A stretch of DNA of 64,000 bases, taken from positions 88,536,001 to 88,600,000 of the forward strand of contig NC_042997.1 in assembly GCF_006345805.1 (NCBI RefSeq). Reading direction: 5' to 3'. The notes below the pieces were generated by a model. That model was not told the DNA's origin. It did no database searches and was given only the letters and a program-made list of their open reading frames with translations. Both the position numbers and the translations under genes were made by a program. The DNA comes from Octopus sinensis. Taxonomy: Eukaryota. Shown piece by piece: positions 26,451-37,778 of this stretch; position 1 is the stretch's first letter; every line of letters begins with the position of its first letter.

Positions 26451-26859
26451 CCATAAACCTTGAAACAGTATTACGGTTTGATTTCTCAAAGGCTCTCCAC
26501 TCACTATGGTAAAATGGTAAAAATACTATTGGTCTATTTTCTTTTGTGATCACTACAAAGTATCTTGCAGTCCTCACGCTCTTTCACCTCCTAAACTATG
26601 ACCAAACAAATCTCTAACAACTTTACAGCATCCTTGTTTTTTTCTTACTTCTCAACTAAAATACTTCTTGTTTGCTGTATTTCCATGGAGAAAGCCTCCA
26701 CTTTGCAGCAAATGTCACATTGCACACTGGAGATATATCCTCTCCTAAAAATATCTCCTGTTACTCCAGTGTGTGCAAATACATGCCAAGTGTAAAAGTA
26801 TCTTTAGTGATTTCAAACTAAGTAACTAGAGATACTTTCAATAGGCTCTATGTTTACAA

Positions 26860-27200
26860 ATGCCTCTCCCTGCCTGTCTGTCTGAAGATATGTCCAAATC
26901 TTTGGAAGCATGCTATGGTATGTCCATTTCCTAAGAAGGACAACCTATCTTATACTACCAACTACTGTCCTATTGTACTCACTTCCATTCTCAAATATGA
27001 TAGAGCAACCTTCACTTTGAATCTGTTGCATGGCTCTTATAAAACTACATCTATTGCTGACCCACTCCCTTATGTCAGTGAGTTGATACCCTCAGAAGTT
27101 TGGTAAAAAAATAGTGTTGTTGCTCTTGATATCAGCAAACTTTATACTGTCTGGCATGCAGATCTCCCATCAAAACTCTTTGCCTATGGACACCAAGGAA
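26860..27200 (+). mobile_element. CR1/Jockey-type RT fragment
   Basis: WKHAMVCPFPKKDNLSYTTNYCPIVLTS and ALDISK..VWHADLPSKLFAYG. Confidence 0.7.
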
Positions 27201-27696
27201 ACTGTTAAGGAAACTATTCATTCAAGGACAATAATTTTGGTCCTTCACCTGCTAATTAGTTAGCAGACGGTTAATGGGGTTGTGACATCTGTCCATGCTT
27301 AAAGTAAATGTTGTGTTAAGAGTAAATGTTGAAATAATTCAATAAGTTGGAGCAGTCAGCTATCTTACTTCCAGCTTTAAGCATGCTGTGACATGCATCT
27401 CCTTGTAGTTGATCTGAAATTGATCAAAAGGTTTGACATTTATGTTACACATGTCTGTTAATGTGTGTGGGATGTGTGCATGGATGCAATGCATGTGTGC
27501 GTGTAACTAAGTATTCTGGCTTGTTCTAACTGTTACAGCTGTTGTATTGTTTGCTTAGATAAGACTAATTTTCCTTCTTACCTAAATAACTATTACTCAA
27601 AAAAGATTACTGTTATTATTCATGGTTGAGTGAATGCAGTTAACACTATAATCCATTCCAACAAAATAAAAAATGTTTTAGAAAATCAAGAACAAA

Positions 27697-28080
27697 TATT
27701 CTTCTTTTATTCCTTTACTTGTTTCAGTCGTTTGACTGTGACCATACTGGTACACCACCTTAAAGGGTTTTAGTTGAAGAAATTGACCCCAGGACTTATT
27801 CTTTATAAGCCTAGTACTTATTCTATCAAACTCTTTTACTGAACTGCTAAGTTACGGGAGACATAAACACACCAGCACTGGTTGTCAAGCAATGGTGGGG
27901 AGATAAACACACACACATACATGGCAGGCTTCTTTCAGTTTCCTTCTACCAAATCCACTCACAAGTCTTTGGTTGGCCTGAGGCTATAGTAGAAAACACT
28001 TTCCCAAGGTGCCATGCAATGTGACTGAATCCAGAACCATGTAGTTGGGAAGCAAGCTTCTTAATACACAGCCACACTTG
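27697..28080 (-). mobile_element. SINE family A, full length
   Basis: Reverse complement of the full head-body-tail. A plus-strand head-only copy follows at ~28105-28262 (head-to-head). Confidence 0.85.
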
Positions 28081-28825
28081 GGAAATATATTCACAGAAGA
28101 GGTACAGGCATGGCTGTGTGGTTAAGAAGTTCACCATGAGGTTTCAGGTTCAGTCCCACAGTGCAGTCCCCTGTGCAAGTGTCTTCTAATGTAGGCCTGG
28201 GTTGACCAAAGCATTGTGAATATACTCAATAGAGAGAAACTTAAAGAAGCCTTGTGTGTGTGTGTGTGCATACATTTGTACTCTATGAAAGTCATGAGCT
28301 ATGAATATTATTATTACTTGTCAACAAACCATATGCTCATGAATCCAGCATCATAAAACAGTGCCTCAAAAATATATTTGTATAATCCAATGTTGCATGG
28401 AAAAACAGATGTAAAATGAATTTAAGAACTGCAATCCAAACTTCATCATCATTAAAAACTGGATTAAAGCCCCACTAAGCTATATACTATAATTACTTTG
28501 CTACACTACATCTGCTGCTCTGTTACCAGTCTCATGTGTAACTTCCAGTTTATAAATGCACTTAACTTTTGACAGTTGCTTTTGCTGTTCACTTTAGGAC
28601 TTTTTGAGAAGATTTTACAGTAAAATCTTCTCAAAAATCTATGTCAACAACATCTTGTTTATGAAGACTCGCCCTGCACCAGATGTGGACAACTTAGCAA
28701 TGTTTACATTTAATCTAAACAAGAAGGAGCATTACTGACAGTCCTTTGAAAAATTGATTTAGACAACATATTGCAGAAGTGTGGTATCCTGACCTTTAAA
28801 ACCTATACCTAAATATAGTGTGTGT

Positions 28826-29200
28826 GTGGCTGTATGATAAGAAGCTTGCTTCCCAACCACATGGTTCCAGGTTCAGTCCCACTGCGTGGCACCTTGGGCA
28901 AGCGTCTTCTACTATAGCCTCAGGCTGATCAAAGCCTTGTGAATGGATTTGGTAGACAGAAACTGAGAGAAGCCTGTTACATATATATATATATATATAT
29001 ATATTAGTGTGTGTGTGTGTCCCTGCCATCGCAACCAATGCTGGTGTGTTTATGTCCCCATAACATTAGAAGTTCAGCAAAAGGGACTGATAGAATAAGT
29101 ACTAGGCTTACAAAGAATAAGTCTTCGGGTTGATTTCTTCAACTGTAACCCTTTAAGGCAGTGCTCAAATGAATGAAACAAGTAAAAGAATACAAGAATA
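28826..29200 (+). mobile_element. SINE family A, full length
   Basis: tRNA-like head gtggctgtatgataagaagcttgct..ggttccaggttcagtcccactgcgtggcacc, central (TA)/(GT) tract, tail ..tgaaacaagtaaaaga. Confidence 0.9.
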
Positions 29201-29449
29201 CACACTCACACAAGTAATTATAGTTGGTGAAGCATGTTCACTCCCCCTGGCTACCTGACATTTTCCATGGTATGTATACAATTGTCAGTGAATCTACCTC
29301 AGGAATTCCTCATTATTCGTCAAGTATATAACAAATGATAGAGACAGAACATGGAACATGCAAGAAACTTTATAGCTCCCAACAATCATTTTGCCCCATT
29401 TGATCCCTTGTGGGTGGGATATTTTACAACTGATTGTGGTGTAGCCATC

Positions 29450-30720
29450 AGTGCAAAAGCATCTCATAAGGTGATTTTACTAGGAGTATCTCGTTAAATA
29501 AACAATCCCTCAAGTAGACTAATTACCCTGTCAAAATCCAGCATAGGTAAAATTAGCAAGAACGTCATCGATAGAGTAGTGCCCACCCTCAAATCATAAA
29601 TTAGACTAACCCTGTGGTTGGTTAGCCGAGAGGTAATCAGCTGGTTTAAACCTGAAGTAAACAAAGCCAATAAATTCCTACAATCAGATATAGAGCGCTA
29701 CTACAATAAAATTAACCCAATCCTCTTTAATATAGCCCTGATTTATGCTATGAATATTTCAGATTTGTTTCAACAAGAAATAGACATTATACTGGCAGTG
29801 TGGGATACGTTGGTAGATTTTGATGGGAAACTCTGGAATAGGTCCTGTAGAACGGATGCCTTTGACATGTTGATGGAATCATCTGACTCTGCACAAATCA
29901 CAGATTTGGTCAGTCAACACTCTATTGTTCCTTAACCAGAGTAGTAAGTAGAAAGGCATAGGAAACAATTCTTCAGACTATCCATCACCATAGAAAAAGA
30001 TTACCATAGAGTTAACTTCCTGGACACTACATTCAGCCTAGATACTGGATTGTTCAAGCCTTTCCATAAGCTTAACAATAACCTAAAGTCTATTAACATG
30101 CAGTCTTATCACCTACCCTCTATTATACGGGGATTGATAAAAAAAACATTGCAATTAGAATATGTAGACTGTCCACTAATGAGGAAATTTTTAATTTGCA
30201 TGCACTCTATTACAATGCTGCTTTAGCTAGAGCTGGTTATAGTGAGAAAATAGAATACATAGAAGACAATGGTATACACAACACTGACAACCACACACCA
30301 CCAGTAACAATACATGCTACATGAGAACACACGATTACATAAATGGAACCAGCATAGAATGTTCATACAGGCCCAAAATAATTAACCATAACACCAAAAT
30401 GAATACAAAGACTCTTAGGGACACATACCACAATTTCACTACAATACACAGTATATAGCCACATCTGCACTATGCACTAGAACCAATAACCTAAACAAAA
30501 AAATAAGCAACATAAAGTTCTCTGGTATAACCTGATCCACAGGTCACATGTTTCATCAAGTATTGTAAAGGAGTTTTTTGCTACTTTAGATAGATGTTTC
30601 CCTAAATCAAGAAGGCATCATAGGATATTTAACAGATGCAATGTGAAGGCAACATATGCAAGCTCCTGTAACTTAGAGCAACACTTACACTGGATTAATA
30701 ATAGTGCACCTTTGATGCAA
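29450..30720 (+). mobile_element. Penelope-like element reverse transcriptase (pseudogenised)
   Basis: RLITLSKSSIGKISKNVIDR, VISWF..FLQSDIERYY, FDMLMESSDSAQITDLV, VNFLD..KPFHK, KVLWYN and IFNRCNVKATY motifs. Confidence 0.8.
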
Positions 30721-30845
30721 GTCTAATGAAGTGCCATTTTCACTTCAAGTTTTGCGTAAACTGGCATTACAAGCAGAGATGGTACAGAAACAATTGTAAT
30801 GAATCATTAAGGATGTTAAAAGAATTTCTTTGTCTTCTTATTATT

Positions 30846-31915
30846 TGTATCCATCATCATCATTTAACATCTGTTGTCCATACTGGCATGGGGTGGATGG
30901 TTTGATCAGGGCTGGTAAGCTGAGGGGCTGCATCAGACACCAGTCTGATTTGGCATGGTTTCTATGGTTGGATGCCCTTCCTAAGGCCAACCACTACAAG
31001 AGGGTAATGAGTGCTCTTACGTGCCACCAGTACGGGTTCTGGTTATGTGACACCAGCATCAGCCACATTGCCTCCGTGAAGCCCAATGCTTGAATGGTGC
31101 TTTTTACATGCACCACCACAGGTGCCAGTTGCATGACATTGGCATTGGCCACATTGCCTCCATGAGATCCAACACTCAAATGGTGCTTCTTACATGCTAC
31201 TGGCACAGGTGCCAGTTATGTGATACCAGCATTCGCCACATTACCTTTGTAATGCCCAATGCTTGAGTGGTACATTTTATGTGCCAGTTACATAGTGCCA
31301 GCATCAGCCACGGCTATGATTTCATTTGGCTTGACAGGTACTCTCAAGCACAGCATATTGCCAATGGTCTCAGTCATTAGTCATTGCCTCCGTGAGGCCC
31401 AATGTTTGAAGACATGCTTCACCACCTTGTCTCATGTCTTCTTGGGTCTACCTTTACCATAGGTTCCCTCCACAGTTAGAGATATGCACTTCTTTACACG
31501 GTTGTCCTTGTCCATACACATCACATGGCCATTCCAGCACAGTCGTCTCTCTTGCACACCACACCTGATGCCTCTTATGCCTAACTTTTCTCTCAAGACA
31601 CATTGTTGAACATGCATGCTGACATTGCACATCTAGTGAAGCATACTAGCTTCATTTCTTTCAAGCCAATGCATGTCCTCAGTGGTCTCAGCTCATGTTT
31701 CAATGCTGTGTAGCATAGCTGTTCGCACACAGGCATCATGTAGTCTGCTCTCACTTTGAGTGAGAGGCCCTTTGTTGCCAACAAGGGTAGGAACTCTCTG
31801 AACTTAGCCCAGCTTATTCTTATTCTCACAGCTATGCTCTTGGATCATCCACCTCTGCTACTGACTTGGTCACCTAAATAATGGAAGCTATCAACTACCT
31901 CTGCCCTATCCCTGC
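30846..31915 (-). mobile_element. 5'-truncated RTE LINE with 3' UTR and (GAT)n tail
   Basis: VVDSFHYLG..RIRISWAKFREFLPLLATKGLSL, LREKLGIRGIRCGVQERRL and GRPKKTW. The 3' UTR has an ~86-bp unit at 31062, 31148 and 31235. Confidence 0.9.
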
Positions 31916-31933
31916 AGTTGATGGAGTCTATAG

Positions 31934-32665
31934 AGGGATAGTGTGGGAGGTTGGTTGGGGGTGGGGAAGGAAGAGCAATGTGGAATCAAAAGGATGTTTT
32001 TGTTTCTGGGCTAGTCTGTCATGGTTTAGTGGTTTTGGGGGCTGGTCTTAGAGGTCAGAATGGTGTGAGTGTGTGTCTGTGCACGTCTGTATGTGTGTGT
32101 ATGTGTATACATGTTTGTGTGTGTGGCCTTGGTCCCAGAGTTTATTGTGGTGTGGTGTATATGGGTCTGTGTGTGTTTTATATTTGGTAGGGTGGTGTGT
32201 GTATATGTGTGCTCGTTTGTGTGTATGTGATTAGTATTTGTCAGAGTGTTGTGTGTATGTTTGTGTGTTTTGTGTTGGTGGAGATGTTATGTGAGTGTAT
32301 GTGAGTATTTGTGTATGTCTCTGAGTATGTTTGTGTTGTTATAATTGTTATAATTGTTCTGGTAGTGGTGTGTGTGTGAGGGTGTGCATGTATGTGTGTG
32401 TGGGTATGTGTGGATGTGTGAATGTGTTGTATTTATCAGGGGTTCTGTGGGTGTCTGTGTATGTTGGGTTTATCCAGGTGGTGTGTATGTTCTGTGCATA
32501 TTAGTACTGAGTATGTGTTTGTGTGTGTATATATGTGGGTATGGTTTATGTAGTTTCCGGGGTGTGTGTGCACACATGACAAACTAGCCCAGAAACAAAA
32601 ACATCCTTTTGATTCCACATTGCTCTTCCTTCCCCACTCCCCAACCAACCTCCCATACTGTCCCT
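31934..32665. mobile_element. Unclassified element with ~90-bp terminal inverted repeats around a GT-rich core
   Basis: 31934-32023 vs 32575-32665 differ by 3 substitutions and 1 indel; the interior is degenerate (GT/GTAT)n. Confidence 0.65.
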
Positions 32666-32766
32666 TAAAATAGCAAACATTCCTTAGCTACACACAATAC
32701 AGAAAATGTCAAAAAGACAGGTCAATTATTCCTCTCCAATTTTTGTAAATTCTTAAATATTTCTCC

Positions 32767-32822
<56 letters not shown>

Positions 32823-33037
32823 TACCAAACAAACATGATTTTTATTGAACTCATAATGCTTTTTGTAGTCCCGTTCTGAGTACTTGCTTGTAAACTATTT
32901 TTAATATTTTTGTGATAACCAGTACTTAACACAACAAAGCTTTACATTTTACTTTTGACAATCTTTTTTTAAAAAAGCGAAACCGGTCAAGTCAATAAAG
33001 ATCTTTAAAATTACATTTTCAAACCTTCTTTCATATA

Positions 33038-33108
<71 letters not shown>

Positions 33109-33664
33109 CTGCCCTCTGAAGGGAGACACTGGCCTTTTCCAGCATGTACCAAATTGCATTTCAAAAATAAATGAAGGGTCTCAGGGTAATAATTTGTATA
33201 GGATTAACATACCACTTACAAATTAAATATAAATAACCTGCCTAAGGGTATGCCATATGTGTAATATAATGACACAGACAATAATGTGTGTGTAGGGGTG
33301 TATATAACTGTAATAAGCTCCATTACTTCATATTGCTATAAGTATTATTTTACATTCATTCTATTCATTCCCTGCCTATTCTCAGAAAAGAAACCATAAC
33401 TTAGGTTCCACTCCAACATTTTACCTTTGTTTCACGTATTCCACATCAGAATTTATGAGGTCAGCTGTTATTTTCCTATCTCACTTCAGCATATTTGTAC
33501 AACTTTTCTTTTGGAAATACCCATTTTCCCTAAACATAAGAAGAAACAAATTTGGTGAAGCACTCTTCTGTAGGTATGCCATATGTGTAAAATAACAACA
33601 CACATAATATATGTGTGTGTTTGTGCCTGAATAATTGTAATAACCTCTGTTATTTTATATTGCT

Positions 33665-34618
33665 GTAAGAAAAAGAAGAGCTGATGTTGAGGGTCATCCA
33701 AGTATAAAATTATTTGACTCGACAATCAGAAGAGTTTACTCTGTGCATCTGAGCCACTATGAATGTTTCTTTTTGAAGTTGCTTCTTCATGAAATAAGAG
33801 AACCAACTTCCTTCTTCCTAAGAACGATTGATGGTCAAACTGTTCGTACTTATAGAGAAGCCTGTTTAGCCTTAAATTTGTTAGAAGATGACACTCAGTG
33901 GGATAGAACAATGGCTGAGGCTTCATTGTCATGCACACCTATTTCTTTGAGGGATCTTTTTGCAATTCTTCTCCTGAATTATGAAGTAATCCATTAGAAT
34001 TGTAGCACAAATATGAAAATGATTTATTAGAAGACTACTAATATCTAGCACAATTAAGATTCCCTGAGAGGGAAATAGTATTCAACAATGACATATCATT
34101 CTGCATTGGTTGATATTGAAGATCACGTTAATAGGAGGGGGGGAGCTCTGCAAGTTTGGCTTATCTGAAACTCAGGTGAAATGAGGTGAATAATTTGATC
34201 ACAGAAATTTTGCGAGAATCTCCATATGATATTGATTCATTAACAAGATTCCTTGAAGAAAATGTCCCGAAACTTTTGCCAGATCAACAACTTGCATATA
34301 AAACAATCATTGACTGAGTGACACATAAGAGAAGAGGATTATATTTTTTAGATGTACCAGGAGGAACTGGAAAAACTTTTGTTGCAAATTTAGTACTAGC
34401 CAAAGTCTAGCAGAAAAAGGAAATAGCTTTAGCTGTAGTGAGCTCTGGAATTGCTGCAACTTTACTTGCAGGAGGTCACACAGCTCATGCAGCATTCAGT
34501 CTAACTTCAAATGATGAACCAGTCTGCAATATTAGTAAAAGTTTTTCTTTAGCTCAAGTTCTCATGAAATGTTCTTTGATCATATGGGACGAAGCTACAA
34601 TGCCCCATAAAAAATCTG
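33665..34618 (+). mobile_element. Helitron RepHel fragment (PIF1-type helicase N-terminal part)
   Basis: RVYSVH..ECFFLKLLL..TYREACLALNLLEDD, LDVPGGTGKTF (Walker A), SSGIAATLLAGGHTAH and LIIWDEA; several stops. Confidence 0.9.
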
Positions 34619-34654
34619 TCTCTTTCCCTCTCTTCTGCCAGACGCTCAGCCCTT

Positions 34655-36718
34655 GCTTTATCAGTCTCCTCGACCCTTCTATTCATATGCCTGTCTCTAT
34701 TTTGGGTAAATATTTGGTAATGGACACATTCCTACTTTGCTGTGAAATGATTTTTTCCATGGGTTTTTTTGAGTGCATTCAATGTGTCTCACCTCCAAAC
34801 CCACTAAAAGCCACTTTCTTCCAGAAAAGAAAGCAGCGAGGGGTAGTGGGGACCTCGGAGTTTTCCGGGAAACTCTGAGTTTCCCAGCAATGGAGTTTTG
34901 TTTCGTAGGTTTTTTCTTTCTTTTCCAGGTTATCTCATGGCTTTGTGAAGCCATGTTCACTCAGCATCTTCCAGAGTCTGCTGCCAATGATCATCTGATT
35001 GAAACAAACCTTTCTCTCTGCAGACATCTTTGAATAATGGTAATAGTTGTCCATCACACATTTTCAAAGAGTTGAATGATACTGGCCCTTTGACATGATG
35101 CAGGAGTCTTAAGTAATATAGTTCATGACTTCATGTAGAAACAGTATATACTCATCTCAAAACATTCACCTCAAAAATCCCTGGATACTTGTCAACTTTT
35201 TTGCACACTTTCCTCCTTTCCCATGTCTTGTTACTCCAAGTGTAAAACCTCAGCACATCAGCATAAAACAAAGTTTTTGCAAATGGATCGCGAGCACAAA
35301 GATTCACGAACTCGGTGAGAGTTGTCCTACGCATGTTATTGTTTACTGTAACAGCAGCATTGTCCTGAAAGAAGATTTGATTTTTCTCAGGTAGATAAAC
35401 TTGAAGGCGAATTACAGCTGATTCCCTCTCATGAATTGGAAATCCGAGTACTAAGGCAACAGCTTCTGAAGGACCAATGTATCTTTCTGTTAAATACTGT
35501 GTTATCTCATCTTCCCTGGTCACTCCAAACATTGCCTGATCACTGCCCTTCACGTATATCTGATAACATATTTGATTGATTTGACGGAAGAGCATATCTC
35601 TACATTTAGGTGGCAGTTGAACACTTTTAATAGTTTTATATTGTAGGGAACCACCCATTGTTACGCTCTCCTGCTTCTGTCACTTTCTTTCTGTTCTGCC
35701 AGACACTCAACTCTCTTAGCGTCCGACTCATGCTGTCTTCTGCTTCTGTCACTTTCCCTCTGTTCTACCAGATGCTTAGCTGTCTGAGCATCCAATTCAT
35801 TATGTACCCTGCTTAGCTGTGCTTTCTTCGTACTATCTATAGACCAACCAGATGTTTTCTTTCTTCCTTGTCGAGCTATGACATAAGAATAGGATACCTA
35901 AATAAATATTCTTTTTTCAATCAGCTTTACTTATGGGATGAAAATGGGCATTGTAGGCAGAGAGAAATAGAAGTGTAATAACTTCAAACAAATAAAAACG
36001 CTTGCAGAAAGAAATGTATCAAATTCATATCAGAATAAATGAAAGAAATATGAGTTCAAACAAATAAAAATGCTTAGACAGACAGAGAAAAAAATCTGAA
36101 CCCCTTTTTTTTTTTTTTGTAGCTAAACTCACAAAATGAAACTAATATGAGTGAAAGAAGGATGTTTGTAAAAAGAAGGTGTTTTCGAAAGAAATCGAAA
36201 AAATACGAGTTAAATAAGAATACTTGTAGAAATAAAGTGTTTTTAAAAGAAAACCCAAAGAAAGTGAAAGAAATAATGTTGTAAGAAATGAAAATCTTAT
36301 CTTGAAATCAGGAGCTGTTGCTTTACATTGCAATGACATGTAATGTTATTGTTACTGCAACCTTTGGTGGTTTTATGAAGAGAGAAAGAAAAGGGCAAGA
36401 AATCCCTGTTCACTGTTTCCTTGAAATTTTGTGAATGAAAAAACTTGCTTTATCAGTCACATCGATCCTTCTATTCGCATGCCTGTCCTGATCTTGGGTA
36501 AATATTTTGTAAAGGACCTGTTCGCACTTCAGTATGAAATAATTTTTTCCACAGGTTTTTTTGAGTGCATTCGACGTATCTCACCTCCAAACCCACCACA
36601 AGCCACTTTCTTCTGGACAAGAAAGGAAGGGTTGTGGGGACCTTGGAGTTTTCCGGGAAACTCTGAGTTTCCCATCAACAGTTTTGTTTCATGGGCTTTT
36701 TTTTCTTTTCCAGGTTAT
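34655..36718. repeat. ~275-bp direct repeat (34655-34932 and 36447-36718) bracketing the minus-strand Helitron fragment
   Basis: Shared text gctttatcagtc..ttctattc..ttgggtaaatattt..gagtgcattc..tctcacctccaaaccc..ggagttttccgggaaactctgagtttccc..ttttccaggtta. Confidence 0.85.
34935..35660 (-). mobile_element. Second Helitron RepHel fragment (end of Rep domain to pre-helicase)
   Basis: WVVPYN..FNCHLNVEICSSVKSIKY, then a frameshift to KGSDQAMFG..DEITQY..RYIGPSEA..GFPIHER..TTLTEF and YYLRLL.HVKGP. Confidence 0.9.
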
Positions 36719-36783
36719 TTTGCATGCTTTCAACAAATGTGACATTGAAATCATGTGTAAAGGGCTCCTTTCTCCAGAAAAGG

Positions 36784-36902
36784 AAAGATTTGGCTGCTAT
36801 TTCTTGCATGCCCTCCTACCATGTAACAGGTATTTTGGGTCCTTTATCGCAAATAGCTGTTACATGGTAGGTGGGGGTATTAGAAATAGCAGCCAAATCT
36901 TT
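36784..36902. repeat. 119-nt hairpin
   Basis: Outer arms aaagatttggctgctatttct / agaaatagcagccaaatcttt (21 bp perfect) and inner cctaccatgtaacag / ctgttacatggtagg (15 bp perfect). Confidence 0.9.
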
Positions 36903-37404
36903 GGAGGTGAGAGACATTAAATGTACTCAGAAGTAGCCTATGGTAAAAAAACTATTTCATACCGAGGTTATGAACAGCTCTTTTATGAAATATTGACCAT
37001 ATTTTTAAAGTCATTTTCACTTTAAAATATTTTGCCCATCATAATGTGTCTAATGGAAAGGTTATAGTTTCTTCCCTTTTAGGGTTAAGTTATTTTCGGA
37101 GTATTTTCCCATTATGCACCTTTTGGGGTATTTATACCACCACAACCCCAAATATCTTGAGAACCACTGGTCTGATTTACATGAAACTTCCTTTATTCTG
37201 TTTGTTTTCACATTTCGGGGGTACTTTACTTTCAAAGTATTTTCATATTTGCTGATGTTTCTACACCCAACACAATTCTTAGATAACATTTTTTTTTATT
37301 ATTCATGAGCTTTTAAGAGTGCATTATGGTGCTTTTATCCTAACACATACTCACACACACATATATATATACGTACAAGCATACATATACATATATATAT
37401 ATAT

Positions 37405-37778
37405 GGCACAGACATGACAGTGTGGTTAATTACTATGTGGCACTTTGAGCTCGTGTCTCTTATAGCCAAACAAAGCCTTGTAAGTGGATATGGTAAACAG
37501 AAACTGAAAGAAGCATGTCATAATTGTGTCTTGTGAGTTGATGTCTTGTCTTGACATCGCATAATTGTTATAAATAAGCATCACTGTCACACAGGTGATT
37601 GCCTTCATTTCTAGTCCTCCACAAGAACATTTTCAACCATGGAAAAATATTACCTTGGAAACAAGTGAAGATTGTTAGCCAGAAGGGCATCTGGCTATAA
37701 AAAAGAAAATCTGCCTCATCAAATTCCATCCAACCCATCCAAGCATGTAAAATTGGACATTAAAATGATTATGATGAC
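37405..37778 (+). mobile_element. SINE A-headed variant with alternative body and RTE-like tail
   Basis: SINE A head, then gtcttgtcttgacatc..catttc..gaaaatctgcctc..aattccatccaacccatccaagcatg..ggacattaaaatgattatgatg. Confidence 0.7.

Noticed and set aside
27369-27413. 45-nt minus-strand segment with tttcag acceptor and gtaaga donor (INYKEMHVTACLKLE)
   Set aside because: It is on the opposite strand to the only confident exon, has no recognisable homology and no partner exons; compatible with chance.
28826-28900. tRNA genes
   Set aside because: A/B-box-like sequences here and elsewhere are SINE heads running into SINE bodies; no complete cloverleaf seen.
32372-32648. Cys/Val-rich ORFs, and similar YI/CV/HT-rich ORFs throughout
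   Set aside because: Translations of (GT)n, (TA)n and (CA)n microsatellites.
35560-35658. First ~30 aa of the 168-aa ORF as real protein
   Set aside because: Helitron homology (WVVPYN..HLNVE..SVKSIKY) lies in another frame; the ORF start is a frameshift artefact.
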